A DNA stretch of 62,503 nt, counting the filler, from Asterionella formosa (Eukaryota): the NCBI GenBank assembly GCA_002256025.1. It is 20 parts of 20 records of this genome, joined end to end, with 100 filler letters (N's around TTAATTAATTAA, not from the genome) between each part and the next. Parts side by side here need not be neighbours in the genome. Positions count along the whole stretch, not along the records: positions 37,088 to 38,812 come from NKIB01001380.1; positions 38,913 to 40,636 come from NKIB01001381.1; positions 40,737 to 42,460 come from NKIB01001382.1; positions 42,561 to 44,284 come from NKIB01001383.1; positions 44,385 to 46,107 come from NKIB01001384.1; positions 46,208 to 47,930 come from NKIB01001385.1; positions 48,031 to 49,752 come from NKIB01001386.1; 13 more parts are not named here. One strand, 5' to 3'. Under the pieces are notes generated by a model. That model saw only the letters and a program-made list of their open reading frames with translations, searched no databases and was not told the origin of the DNA. Positions 37,088-49,852 of the stretch are shown here, one piece after another. A program made the position numbers and the translations under genes. How positions within the stretch are numbered: the first letter of the stretch is position 1; each line of letters begins with the position of its first letter.

Positions 37088-38812
37088 AAAAAGAATAAGG
37101 CACAGGCAAAGTCAACCCCTCCAGATGCTGTGACCTGCATCAACACATACTTCCGTGTCATTAATGTCTACATGTGGAACAAGCATCGCAGTGATGTTTT
37201 TCGTCTAGGTCAGCCACCAACTCTGGCTGAACTTGATGCAAGAAGATTTCGACACAAGTTCATTTTCGATCGACTTGTTGTCACATATAATGATGATGAG
37301 GATGACGACTGCATCATTCTAGCATTTCCCGAAGATGAATACTGGGACCAAGTTGGAATTGATGCTGACTACGCAAAAAAATATGATGTCCTCACTTCCA
37401 AAGACTTTTCATTGGTAATGGGATACATTAATCATCATTATCAAGTTGCCTATCGAAAAAACAACCAATCAGGCAATCATGATGATTTTGTCAAATTTGT
37501 TGGGTCACGTCATTTCCTATATTACTACCATCTTTGGTTGTGTCAAGTTCCACATCTATTGAATTTTGCTGTACCACTGTTATCAAAATATGCCTTCCGT
37601 GAGAGTATAGACATTGACGATACTGCCACCACATTGTCATCAAAATCAAAATCTTCAAGCAATTTCAGTGTTAGAAAGAAGGGAAGACATGCAATCTTGA
37701 CGCAAAAACCTACATCATCTTCTCAAAATCTTGCAAGTGCATTGGAATCATTTGAGAAGTCAAATGTTGCAAAAATCAGACTGCTAGAGTCTACAACTGC
37801 ACCACGCAGAGAAAATGATCTACTGGATGTCTTGGATAAGTATAAGGTCCGACTAAGAGTTGCGCGGGAGGAACTGAAAGAATGACTCTTCAAGTTCTGA
37901 CATTGTTCAAGCTCGTTTAGAAATTGCATTGTGTAAAAGAAAGCGTGATCAGGTCTTCAATCTCTTGTCTCAAGGTGACACGTTGAAATGAATAATTTTT
38001 TTTTCAATGATCAATTATAATCTACATTAAATTTAATTCATGTAATTCCAACCTTTTTCTTTCAATATTACCTGGAGGTCTTTGCAAACCCATGTTAGCA
38101 ATTCTTTCAAGAATAACATCGCAAATGACAGAAGTACCAGGCATTACATCCAATTTCTCAACCGTTGGCAAATATCCCCAACCAAGTGGAGAATTGTAGA
38201 CTGGGGTGATTTCAGCTAAATACTCCTGGATGTCATCTGCCTCATCACTTCCAGATAACCCAGAAATATCCTTATCTATTTTATTTTCGTCTATGACATA
38301 ATTGTGCAAACGTGCACATACATCAAGCCCTTTTGCAGTTGTTTCCAAGCCAGTTGTTAAGTTTCTTTTTAGAACAGCCCATTTTGTCAGTAACAAACCA
38401 AATGCCATCTCTATCCTAATCCGTAGCTGGTAAAGAAAGAAATTATAGGCATCTTGTGTTTGGTCATCACGCTGAGAACCAACAAATGGAACTAACATGA
38501 CATTTGACAATGTATATGCTGCATCACCAACAAGATAAAAACCAGAATTAAATAATGCAGTTTTGTTGGGTAGAGCAGTTCTCTCAAATGCAACTTGATC
38601 ACTGCATCGTCCAGGAGCAATCACCCCAAAAAATATAAATCTACTCTCAACATCACAGATAGCCTGAACATTGATACCATAAGTCAAGTAATGTCCAGAA
38701 TAAAAAGCTCCTAGATTGTTTCCACAGTCACATAGGGTGGGGCGACTAATTGTGGCTAAAAAGCCATCAATAGCACCAACACACCCTCTGATCAACCCCT
38801 CTGTGCTCTTTT
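37088..38812 (-). mobile_element. PIF/Harbinger copy 3, internal fragment: transposase 38022-38812 (-) and partner ORF 37088-37990 (+)
   Basis: Highly similar to 5753-7497 in the opposite orientation. The transposase frame is open from GCVGAIDG to the stop. Confidence 0.92.
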
Positions 38813-38912
38813 NNNNNNNNNNNNNNNNNNNNNNNNNNNNNNNNNNNNNNNNNNNNTTAATTAATTAANNNNNNNNNNNNNNNNNNNNNNNNNNNNNNNN
38901 NNNNNNNNNNNN

Positions 38913-40636
38913 CCAGATGGGAAGGATCACACCTCAATGGCGTGCACTGCCCAAAAGGGAACAATTTGGAAGAAGCCAGGGAGCGTTTAAAATTAGAGGG
39001 AAAAGGAAGGAAACTGGGTAGAGAAATCGTGTCTGAAGGGTGATTTGCGAATTTTGAAGTATGCCACAAAGTGGAAGGGTGGGTGTGGATATGTCCAAGA
39101 TCAGCAGTACATCACAACGAAGGGTCCTGAGTTATTAGAGGTGTATCCCATGGGGAAGAAAGCAGGAAAAGATAGTAAGCTGCTCGTAAATGCTCAGTTT
39201 GTCATTGAACAAGGAGAACATATGCAGATGTTGGAATAAATGGTGAAGACGCAATGTGATGAATTTTGGTTCAAGATTTTCGTTCTTAATAGTAAGTCAG
39301 AGGAAGAAGCCAAAGTTGTTTGCTAGGAAGGCTCAAGAAGATATGGAGGAGATGGAGGACAGTTAAAAACCATCACACAAAAAACCCAAGAACGGTTCAT
39401 GGGAGTCAGGCAGTTCACTTGAAATCGATATTTCAATATCTCTTTCATCATTTGCTACTGATGATGAGATTTCAATTCTAGAGACTGGACCACAACAGTA
39501 TCAAACTAGTTTGATTTTAGTAACATTACATTTCACTATTAATTTCATTATCGCCAATCTAGAACTTGTATTTTACAGCCTTGAACATCTTAATCTAGAA
39601 TCAAGTTATTATCTGCTATTTGTTCTGTTTTGATTCCACAAGTGCTCAATCAAATTGTTACACAATTGAAAGTGCTCAACTTTACTCATCTAGTTCATTC
39701 TAATATTCTTGAAATCAAGAAATGTATGAACATTGTAATGATTCACATTGTCAACCAAAAATCCATCATGAATATTGTCAAATAGATAGTCATTTGTATT
39801 TTCAGTTTCCCACCCATCCTCCATGATATCTTGAGCAAAATGATTCATGCAATAAGAACTCTATTCATATAAATCACTGACCAAATTTTACATGGAAGTG
39901 CAAGGATCCTCCACCTGGCATGTAGAACTTCAAATGCTCGCTCGACTCGCTTGCGCCGCTGAGCCTCCTGACACATCGAGAAATAGCTCCGGTTTGGACA
40001 TTGTAGCTCTGAAATTGTTTTGAAGTAAGTATGCCAATTTTGTTAGTTTAAGTCAACCAAATAATATCTAAGATTGTGTTGTTGGTTGTTGATGGCAAAG
40101 TATACTACTTTGGAGTCCTTTCATCTGACAAACCATGGAAAAATGGAGAAGGATCCAAAATGTTAAGATCATTGTTTGCCCTGGGAATTCCAAACTATGA
40201 ATGCCAGAACCAAAAGTCTACAATCAACCGCAGCTTCCAAAGCAATAGTCGCCATTCCTAATTTTCCTTCATATGCTCCTCTGTATGCTTTGGGAATTTT
40301 TCCACTCCCAATGCATAATGTCCAATGAACAAATAAGCCCTGGCCAACTCTTTCCTCTATGCAAATGTAGAATCATCTCAAGGTACTCTTTGGTCAGAGC
40401 TCTAAGATACTCTTTCCCATACCTGCTGATTATTGTGTTACAGAAGCATTGCAGATTTTTGAGTGTTGTTGACTCTGATACTCTTGTTAAATCTTCCAAC
40501 TGATCAGCCGATGTTCCATAGGCTAACATGAGAAGCACCAAGGTAGATTTTTGGCGTGGCGAAAATCCCACTAAACCCAAGGCATCCTTCTTCTGAGAAA
40601 AGTAAGAATCCGAAGTAACCAAATCATCAAGAATCT
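38913..40636 (-). mobile_element. Pong-like (Plant_tran) Harbinger-superfamily element, degenerate
   Basis: Minus strand: GLVGFSPRQK...LAYGTSADQL...EYLR...PGLICSLDIMHWEWKN. A convergent plus-strand remnant (RILKYATKW...PMGKKAGK) resembles the NAM-associated partner ORF. Confidence 0.82.
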
Positions 40637-41079
40637 NNNNNNNNNNNNNNNNNNNNNNNNNNNNNNNNNNNNNNNNNNNNTTAATTAATTAANNNNNNNN
40701 NNNNNNNNNNNNNNNNNNNNNNNNNNNNNNNNNNNNCAAGGGGAATGGATGTTGAGGCCCTCTGATGACATTGACACGGATGGGGCCATTTGGGTAGTTG
40801 TAGTGCTGACCGGCGGTAGTACTGACCACACAGGAAGATTGGTCGGTTGCAAGAAGTATTGGACTGCATCTTGTGGAGGCATGGTTGATTAATAGTAGTT
40901 AAAAATAAATGAAAACATAAATGTTGGAGAAATCGAAATTGTGAGATCTCAAACTGTTTCACGGACAAATTCATATTGCTATTATGATTGATTACTCTCA
41001 TTTTACTTTATGGCAAGAACCGACTATATTCTGCAAACCACGACCCTTTTGTATCGCTAACCATCATCTAATCTGTTAG

Positions 41080-41326
41080 GACGCCAAGTCAAGACGATTC
41101 TTTGAGACAAACTTGCAGGAAGAAGAATGCATTCCTGACGAGGAATACTGTGTCGTCGATCCGGAAAGTGGGGAACTCATTAATCTCACAGTAGCCGAAA
41201 AGGAGCGTATCTTTCTGGACGCACTTCAGTCCTACTATGCCACTGGAAGGCAAGCTCAAGGATGACGAGTTTGACCTATTGAAGGAAGATTTGCAATGGA
41301 ACGGATCTGACATGGTTGTCATGAAT
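41080..41326 (+). pseudogene. PGRL1: PGRL1 (PGR5-like 1) internal fragment, frameshifted and truncated
   Basis: After a CTAA...TTAG acceptor: ...LTVAEKERIFLDALQSYYATGRQ / LKDDEFDLLKEDLQWNGSDMVVMN. This matches the conserved PGRL1 core (FL.ALQ.YY...EFD.LKE.L.W.GS). Confidence 0.8.
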
Positions 41327-41544
41327 GTTTCTTCCTGTTTGTGATCAACATCCCATCGATCCATTCGTTCTCGCAAATGTTTTACTCGATGCCACCAGTC
41401 GAAACGATTGAGGTAGTAATGAGTAGATATTGGCAGGACGCGCAGACGTTGGATATATATAGAAATAACAGCCTCTACAAATGCATTGTTTCATAGATAC
41501 GAAATTAGTTATCATTTACTAACAGCTAGGTAAATGTGTTACGG

Positions 41545-42460
41545 TTAGATCTCTTCCATTTCTCCTTCAAACTGCATCATATTTTTCCGAACACTACTAC
41601 CCGTAGTAAGGTAATGTTCATAAGGTAGATGATCCCAACTATTTTCTAAGACAAGCAAGGCATATGCTTCATCCGATACAGTCATGATGGAGGCCATATT
41701 TTTTGTGTGTTTTTGGCTAGCATAATCACCATACTTCACTACCCGAGAAAAAATGTAATTCACTAGAATAATGAAGGGATGCTCTTCAACTTTACCAACA
41801 TCTGGTGGTTCTGTCCTGGACTGAACAATCGTATTCCGGGAAAGGAACTGTAACTTTCCATCCTCAACCATTCCTGTTTTTATAATTAAGTATTCTTGTT
41901 TGGAACAGGAAGCCAACAGCAAGCACGACACCTCATTTTGAACTTACTTTTGAAACCCTTTCTGATTGATGTTGAAACAGCATTCCTTTTTTCAGACATA
42001 TTTTTGTTGATGTCACACTTATATGTGAACCAAAATGATTCAAACTCTTCGTCAGTACCATTTCTGAGTGATGGGAAATGATAACGAACAGCACAAGCAA
42101 TGCTGTCGGGTTCCCTCATTTCCAAATCATAATCACCTGTGACGAATTTAACTTTTGGAAACAATTCCTCTCTGACCCAGCTAGCCAGAAGGTTTGTCCA
42201 ATGTTTGCACTGGCCAATTCCACCTACTACTCCAATTGTTAAACGGTTGTTTTCAGCTGCTAATTCACGTAGGCGCTTGATTTCCTGTGTACTCTCAGAC
42301 AATAGAATTTGGAGTTTATCTCTTTCTTGTTCTGCCGTCAACCTCCCATCTCCTTTGACACTCTCTTCCGATTCATTATACTCCTCAAGTTGATAATCGT
42401 CGTATCCATCCGATGCAGGATTGTCTGGTATGGAGTCTGTATCAGACAACGATGCAGAAT
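41545..42460 (-). pseudogene. TE-associated accessory ORF, partial; two frames, possibly intron-split
   Basis: WVREELFPKVKFV and MTVSDEAYALLVLENSW motifs with an acidic and coiled-coil N-terminus. The TE association is inferred. Confidence 0.45.
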
Positions 42461-42560
42461 NNNNNNNNNNNNNNNNNNNNNNNNNNNNNNNNNNNNNNNN
42501 NNNNTTAATTAATTAANNNNNNNNNNNNNNNNNNNNNNNNNNNNNNNNNNNNNNNNNNNN

Positions 42561-42737
42561 TTAGTTTTAGTTTAATCTTATAATTAAGAAACAGTGAGAA
42601 TTGACAGAGTAAGGTCAATAGCGAAAACTAGCACGAAGGCTAGCAGCAGAAAGAAGATAACAATACTAGTGGTATAGCAGGTAAGTTCTACGTAAGAGGA
42701 ACCCGTCAGACGGGAAGGAGTACGAGACCTTTCAACA
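42561..42737 (+). repeat. 3' part of a Copia-type LTR
   Basis: Resembles about 15845-16053 (AAACAGTG..AATTGACAG..AAGGTCAAT..GAAGGCTAG..AAGGAGTAC..CCTTTCAACA). Confidence 0.55.
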
Positions 42738-42966
42738 TGGCCTTTAGGTTGTCCGTAATAATGGATCTAGTAATTCTTGGCTAGTCCATGTAGATTTAGC
42801 TGCTTTTCCTTTTCTTATTGAGGAGGATGGCGACATGGTGATTGATGGGACAGGCAAAGCGTATTTCCTGTGTTGCACATCAAACACAACCGCACCACAT
42901 ATTTGATACATTTATTCTTCATTTCTTCCCTCCGCTTACACCGATTCCCGCTTTTCAACGCACATT

Positions 42967-43605
42967 ATGGTTCTTAGGTGTAAGATAACAGTTGTTCTTG
43001 CAGCCTCGATTTTGGGAACAACGGAAGGATTTCTGTTGAAATCCGCCCCCCATCTTTGCCTAAGCGAAAGTTTTGGGACGTTGTTTGCGAGAGGCGACGG
43101 TGAGGAAGAATACGTCTGCGATCAAATACCGACCTCTCCACAGCTCTGTCCCACACACGAAACATGCGTGATTGCTATGGGATGCTTCTGGAGCCCACAG
43201 CTGGAATACTCTGCTATGAAGGGAGTCAAGCGCGTGGTTGTGGGCTACACTGGTGGCGTCGAACCTAATCCTACATATGTCACCATCAAGGACTCGTCCG
43301 AGGCTCTGTTGTTCGAATTTGATCCATACGAGATATCATACCAAGAAATCTTGGATAAATGGTCTACAAGCTTTGCATTCTTCCGGTCCAAGCCAAAGTC
43401 CACTCAATATAGGCACATTTTGTTTTACAGAAACGAAGAACAAAAAGAAATGGCAATAGCAAAGTTGGAGGAAGTGAGAAAAGTTGCGACTGCCTATGTT
43501 TCGATAGAACCTATTGATTCGTTTGTGTTTTATCAAGGCGAAGAACACCATCAAAATTTCTTTTTAAAGTCCAGAGCCAAGGTAGCTGCATCACAGGTGA
43601 AATAG
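42967..43605 (+). CDS. msrA: Peptide methionine sulfoxide reductase A, probably plastid-targeted
   Basis: AMGCFW catalytic motif, VGYTGG..PNPTY, QYRHILFY and GEEHHQNF. N-terminal signal peptide followed by Phe (TTEG-FLL), as in diatom bipartite presequences. Confidence 0.93.
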   Translation: MVLRCKITVVLAASILGTTEGFLLKSAPHLCLSESFGTLFARGDGEEEYVCDQIPTSPQLCPTHETCVIAMGCFWSPQLEYSAMKGVKRVVVGYTGGVEPNPTYVTIKDSSEALLFEFDPYEISYQEILDKWSTSFAFFRSKPKSTQYRHILFYRNEEQKEMAIAKLEEVRKVATAYVSIEPIDSFVFYQGEEHHQNFFLKSRAKVAASQVK

Positions 43606-44012
43606 CGACGACGAATAAATACAGAAAGGATACAATGTTATTTCCTCGCTGAGTGGCAAAACGATGATTCTTCTCCAATTCGGAAATGAAAATGTAGTAT
43701 CTCGTTCCCTTCTTGCGAATGATGCTGTTTCACTGCACAACAAGGAAGCTCGTGTAGGCCTTCCAAACAAACGTCGAGTGGACCAACTCTCTTTATTTAT
43801 GTCCTCTTTTGATAAGTTTCCAATATTTATATATTTTCTAGTTGCTGAGAAACTAAGGAGAAGGGTATATTGCACAATTTTGGGGAGAGTGAATGTTAGT
43901 TCAGTCGTTACTCTTAATATTTGCAATCTTCGCCCGTATAGGGCCGCCTGACACTTTGTAGTTTTATCTTCGTTCCGTATCAGCCATTTATTAAACTCAG
44001 ATTCATTCGAAT

Positions 44013-44284
44013 TTACATCACAGTGCTCACAGCGTCACCCAGACTATCGACCGTCTGTTGAACAGCGACCACACCAGTATCCGCCTGTGGCGTCAAAAAA
44101 GGCAACGAGATGTGAATTTCTTCCCATTCTCCCGAAGCGTATTTGGGTTCAATAATAGTCTTTCGTACATATCCGAATCCGGCGCCACCTACAATCCATG
44201 CAGCATAAGTAGCTAATGTCTTTGGGCTGGACATTTCTTGTTCGGCCTCTGCCCTCAGGTCTCGCCCTTCCTTTGTCTTTTCGA
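44013..44284 (-). CDS. Hypothetical membrane protein, 3' partial
   Basis: Frame open from the contig edge, with one hydrophobic segment (LATYAAWIVGGAGFGYV). Convergent with msrA. Confidence 0.45.
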
Positions 44285-46211
44285 NNNNNNNNNNNNNNNN
44301 NNNNNNNNNNNNNNNNNNNNNNNNNNNNTTAATTAATTAANNNNNNNNNNNNNNNNNNNNNNNNNNNNNNNNNNNNNNNNNNNNGGTTAGGGTTAAGCGG
44401 TGCCACCAAAAGTTCACCATGGGGATGGGGAAATAATGCACCAGCATTGTGTTATTGCCATGCAGCCAATTCGCCACTGAATGCAGCTGCATCAGTGTCA
44501 TTGGCATCATGAGGCGATGGAGATCGCATGATGGAGGGAAGTCTGGTAAGGGATCAGTAACCTGTGTGTGTTGAGAGGGAGAAACGCTTGCAACGGGTGC
44601 CAGCGGCAGCTACATTAACAAGGAACTGAGATTCTAAAGTAGTATTTAACTAGCTGTAGAGGGACCAGTACTCACGGGAATTAAGCACTTACAGGAATCT
44701 TGGTAGGATATACGGAGTAACCGGTATATGGTACCAACAGAGGACACGATGTACTGCTGGTAGTACCGGTACTGATTTTACCGACCAGTATTCAGTACCC
44801 AACCAGTATTCAGTACATCTAATACGTGTGGCTGGCGGGATTTTACAAGACCGGGATACTTCAGCGAATCTGAAGCAGGTGAATAAATTCAATTCAACCA
44901 ACCAGAATATGTGTAATGACGTGGGAACTTACCCTGGTGTCTTTTCGGACTGATAATTATTCAGCGAAACATACATAAGCAAGACTCCAAGTATACGAGA
45001 ACGTTTTTGCACGTACAAATTCTGATTCCAATATTTTGGCGACTGTTGAAAAAGCCGATCGTGTCGACTTTTTGTAGGAGGATTGCTGAAGGCAATACAC
45101 GCCCGAGGTGGTCTCTTGCCTGCGAGTATACATGTGTTCGAGGCTGGGTGGCGCGAGTAGGTTGACCGTACGAGTGGCGCCCTCTACGAGAAGGCAAGAA
45201 GCCGCCGAGAAGGGTAGTGTTGAGGCGATTCCCGCTCTAGCTATTGTCGCGTCATTCGCTTACCTACTGCCCACAAATCTAGCATAAATGTCAATTTTAG
45301 CCTACTATTGCCCATCATATAAAATATATTTTGTATATTTCCTATCTTCACCTCGAAAATTGCCAAAGGTCCGATATTGCCCATCATTAAAAAATATTTT
45401 GTATATTTCATATGTTCGCATTTTGGCAAGACAACAGACGCCAATTGCCCCTCGGTTTTCCAGCCCTGGGATTGCCGAAATCGGCAAGGGGTCTACTTAA
45501 GGAAACCATTTCATATACTACACAGATTTGATTATAATATATCAAGTGTTCACCGATCTGTTGTAAAATACATCGATTTTGTTTGTTTCCTAAAATGTGA
45601 GAGCGGAAATACAGCTTTGACACAGTAAATCATTTACCATCATGCCTCATTTGAAGCAAAATGTGTTCCTTGATGACTCCAGTAGCGACTCGTCTTCCAA
45701 CGGATGTGGTTGGTTGTTGGACGACTCTTCTTCTTGTGGAATTCATGTTGTGACATCATACCTACTTCGTCGCAGTGGTGCCAAAATCACTGTTCCCAAT
45801 TCAATTGATCTCAAAAAGTCTCGAAATTCATCATCCGATCTGTTGGATACTGATGAATCGGATGATTGCTCATCGATAATATCGTTGATTGGACTGTTGG
45901 GGAACAAGATTCATGGGTTGCGCCGGTAAGAAGTCCATTTTGCGCCATTGTTGTCACATTTTTGGTGCTATTTTCCTACGTTATATTCAGTTATTCTTCA
46001 AAAATTTATTTTTTAGTATGTTTTCTACGCGAAGATCAGATATGATGTCTCGGAAGCAAGTTTGAGAGTGCTTTTTATGATGCTCTAAAATATATAGTTG
46101 CTCTGTTNNNNNNNNNNNNNNNNNNNNNNNNNNNNNNNNNNNNNNNNNNNNTTAATTAATTAANNNNNNNNNNNNNNNNNNNNNNNNNNNNNNNNNNNNN
46201 NNNNNNNTTAA

Positions 46212-47421
46212 GGTTCCTGCATTTGAACCCCTAGGCAAAAATTAAAATATTGCTTAGGGTTGCCGAAATTCCCTGGAACTAAGAATTTCATGTGCTAATT
46301 TGAATATCAATGATTCAGTTTGAAATATTCAAATGAGTGGAAATTTGCGCGTACGTGTATAGATTCCATTTCAAATGCATTAAATATGTACAAATAGATT
46401 CTACATCGCTGAATGTTTTAAATTGCTTTTCTACCGATAGTAACACCTACTCGTATCAACAAATATGTTTCACATTCAAGACCCGGCGGCTCCGAAAATT
46501 ATTTGAATGTGCATACTAACGGTAGTAACGTACTGGTAAGCGTGCACTACCTCGTACTATGACCAATGATGATCAGGTACCTGGTACCGGTAGATCTACC
46601 CGGTACTCGGTATTCCTACTCTACCCGGTACTCGGTATTCCTACTCCGGACAGATATGGTTTTCGCATAGGTCTACCCGGTACTCGGTATTCCTACTCCG
46701 TACGGATACCGGTATACGGGTAGGATCGGCCAACACCCAAGAAAATGCTTCATGTGTGTCCAGTGTGGCCGGCGTTGGATTGCAAGACCTCGCAAACCGT
46801 GCCAATCGATCGGTTATAAGGATAACCAATCAGAATATGATTAATACAGCGGCCAATTACATTGGAACTTTTTGTACACGAGATTTTACGACTACAAATT
46901 TTAGCACAAGACTACCATTCCGATGATGACGTTTCGGCGATTAGTGATTCTGATTCCGACGTTTTGGTGACCGTTGAAAAGGCCGATATCGTCGAATTTT
47001 TGGACGACGATAGCTCAACGTTGGCAGGGTTTGAAGAAGAGTTAAGTACATAGGTGATCTTCATATAGCCCCAGAAGTTAACTTTCGGCGAGAAACTGCA
47101 GAAAGGAACTTCGGTTTTTTTACTAGGCCAAATAAACGAGTTAGCCCGGTAAAATCCACTATTTTCAGCATAGTTAAAAAACCGAAGTTCCTTTCTGCAG
47201 TTTCTCGCCAGATCCTATATCCTGACGATATATAGCGTTGACCTATACCCCTACTTTGATAAATGACTGTATTTTAGCATGTGGAAAGGGTGTGTATTGG
47301 TGAAAGCTCCGTTTAGCGATATACATTTACATTTTACTCGTAAGAAGTCCATGTTTGACTACTCTGACTTAATATTATTTTTTTAACCCTACCTCGAGCT
47401 AGGGGTTCAAATGCAGGAACC
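46212..47421. mobile_element. TTAA-targeting non-autonomous TIR element (Kolobok-like), copy 2, uninterrupted
   Basis: Perfect 23-bp TIR GGTTCCTGCATTTGAACCCCTAG with TTAA on both sides (46208-46211 and 47422-47425). Internal hairpin 47087-47209 and three TCTACCCGGTACTCGGTATTCCTACTC repeats. Confidence 0.92.
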
Positions 47422-47442
47422 TTAAGTGAACTTTATTCTAGA

Positions 47443-47607
47443 ATTATGTGAACGAAATTACAGAATTACGTGAAGTATTTCAAATAATTATGTGAAGTAT
47501 TTTCAAATAATTATGTGAAGTATTTCAAATAATTATGTGAAGTATTTCAAATAATTATGTGAAGTATTTCAAATAATTATGTGAAGTATTTCAAATAATT
47601 ATGTGAA
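47443..47607. repeat. 22-bp minisatellite
   Basis: AATTATGTGAAGTATTTCAAAT repeated about 7 times. Confidence 0.92.
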
Positions 47608-48030
47608 CGTGATCACATAATATAGTGATGATCAGGAATGCATGCATGATACTTTGATCAAATATTTAACGTGATGTATTCAGATAATATATAGATATAT
47701 TCAACTACGTATTTTGATGTATTCAACTAATTCATGTGATGCATTCAAAATCAACTAGGCTTATTTATGTGATGGTCACTTCACGTAATACGCGGCTTAG
47801 ATGTACTTGGTGCAAATGATGACACAAGGACGACATTGTCTGTTCAAATCTCATTGTCTTGTTGCATGTATGAACAACACAACTGATTTGAATTGTAAAC
47901 AGGATGGCTGTTCAAAGGGAATATCATGCCNNNNNNNNNNNNNNNNNNNNNNNNNNNNNNNNNNNNNNNNNNNNTTAATTAATTAANNNNNNNNNNNNNN
48001 NNNNNNNNNNNNNNNNNNNNNNNNNNNNNN

Positions 48031-49752
48031 ATTCACGGTTGTACCAAACCTTACCCAAATTGGGAAAATCTCCTACCATGTTGGAGTCCTGGTAGCCCCC
48101 ATTTGTGAGCGCCCTGAGTACGTAAGGGCTACGCCGGATGTTGCTGAGCATGTCGGCGTTCTTGAACACGGAGATTGTCGACTGCGAGTCGAGAAGGATC
48201 CACTTAGGATCAATCCCAGGGTCGCCGGTCTGTGCAAGCATGTATGCATACTGCGTCAATGTAGTGCCTGAGGTCGTCGATCCCTGCCTGTCAGGGCATT
48301 CTCCCGCATAGTGTCCTAGGCTCTGGCAGTTGTAACAGATGATGCCATCATGTTACACTCCATTATTTCCTGCGATTTCGCCACGTTGCGCAAACGTCAT
48401 TGCACTGGCCTCAGGGCTTCCAGTCGGCTGGGAGCGTGGTGTGTCTGTCCTGATGCTGGTGTTCGTTGGAGTTCTGTAGTTGACGAGAAGGCTTTGGGCT
48501 GACAACAAATCGGTGGGGTACTGATCAATTCCCATTGCATACTGGTTTGACAGGTCAGTGATGAGGGTGCCATACCTGGTGGGGTCAGCACTTCGAATCA
48601 AAGCGATTGCAAGGGTGCGTTCGCGTGCGATCTCCTTTCGCTCTTCAGTGCTACGCCCATTCCCGTCCTGATCCTGGAAGGGTACCAGTTTGTAATTTAC
48701 TGCCACGGTGCCACCATGGTACTCGATGGTCTCAGCCCATCCTCGCAAACACTCGACGTATTCTTCTGCGGACTGTCCTTGTAACTGACGACAATTGAGG
48801 AAGCTGGTCTGGGCGTCCAAAAGTGCAATGAAACCATTCCTGCTCTGATCGAACTGTAGAGTAATTGACTTGATCTGTTTTAGAAGCCAAAAACAATCGT
48901 TGTTGACAGTCTTGTCCTTGTAGTCATCGTGCGTTTTGATCTTTGCCTTCATGTCATCACTACACTGGCCCCAAATCACCGCATACACTGTTGCTAGGTT
49001 GCTCTTCAGGGTATGATTGCGCTTGACATACGTTTTTACTTCTTCTGCGAAAATCATTTTCATGGTCAGTCCTGCATCATCATCTAGGTCATCTGGCATG
49101 TCTACCATGGGAACCGCCATGGTGTCGGCAAACAAAGGGGCAAGGTCTTCAGAGTACTTCAGTGTTTTCCTCACATATCCATCTAGAACTTCTAACGTTT
49201 TGGCGTACTGGCGTCTGTCGCTTTGTTCTTCATAGCATTCAAATATGTTTCCGTTCATGCCCTCTGTGCTGCCCTTAAAAATGCCACGGTTGTTGCTTGT
49301 CGCTTGTGTCCTTGCCCGGCCGCCACGGCTCCCGTGCGGACGGTTGTCCCTTCGCCCTCTCCCACCGGTGCTGCCGCGTCCACTCGCTAAGCTGCCGCTT
49401 GTCGTTGCGTCTGGGGTGGCGCTCATGGGGTTCGTTGGTTCCTTGATTGGTGGCTGCGGCCTTCAGCTGCGCTACTCGAATCTATAAAGTGTTCAAAAAA
49501 CTTGATTAGATTAAAATGTTGAAACTCCAGCCTTCCATGTGAATGGCTGTTCCTTTTGTTTTATTTTTATCTCGAAACAATGTTGTAACAACTACCGTAT
49601 TCGACCGTATCGTAGGCCTTGAACCTAGTACTGTGTTAATCGAATACAGTTGATGAAATTGATAGCAACGAGGAAGTTGTCAAACTTAAACTTTCACTTT
49701 ACTAACTGGATTGTTTCGAGATAATGGTCTCGAAACACTCTTATTACTCACA
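48031..49752 (-). mobile_element. Copia (CoDi-like) 5' part: probable LTR 49581-49752, gag, zinc knuckle and protease
   Basis: Gag ORF starts at 49426. One in-frame TAA (48353-48355) precedes CYNCQSLGHYAGEC and the protease motif WILLDSQST. A TG...CA segment of 172 bp lies at the contig end. Confidence 0.85.
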
Positions 49753-49852
49753 NNNNNNNNNNNNNNNNNNNNNNNNNNNNNNNNNNNNNNNNNNNNTTAA
49801 TTAATTAANNNNNNNNNNNNNNNNNNNNNNNNNNNNNNNNNNNNNNNNNNNN

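Noticed and set aside
43170..43200. Selenocysteine MsrA
   Set aside because: The catalytic codon is TGC (Cys), not TGA.
44385..44400. GGTTAGGGTTAAG at a contig start as a telomere
   Set aside because: Under two units, wrong orientation for a left end, and similar to the Copia linker at about 19270.
47443..47607. 22-bp repeats as a CRISPR array
   Set aside because: Head-to-tail with no unique spacers, no cas genes and a eukaryotic context.
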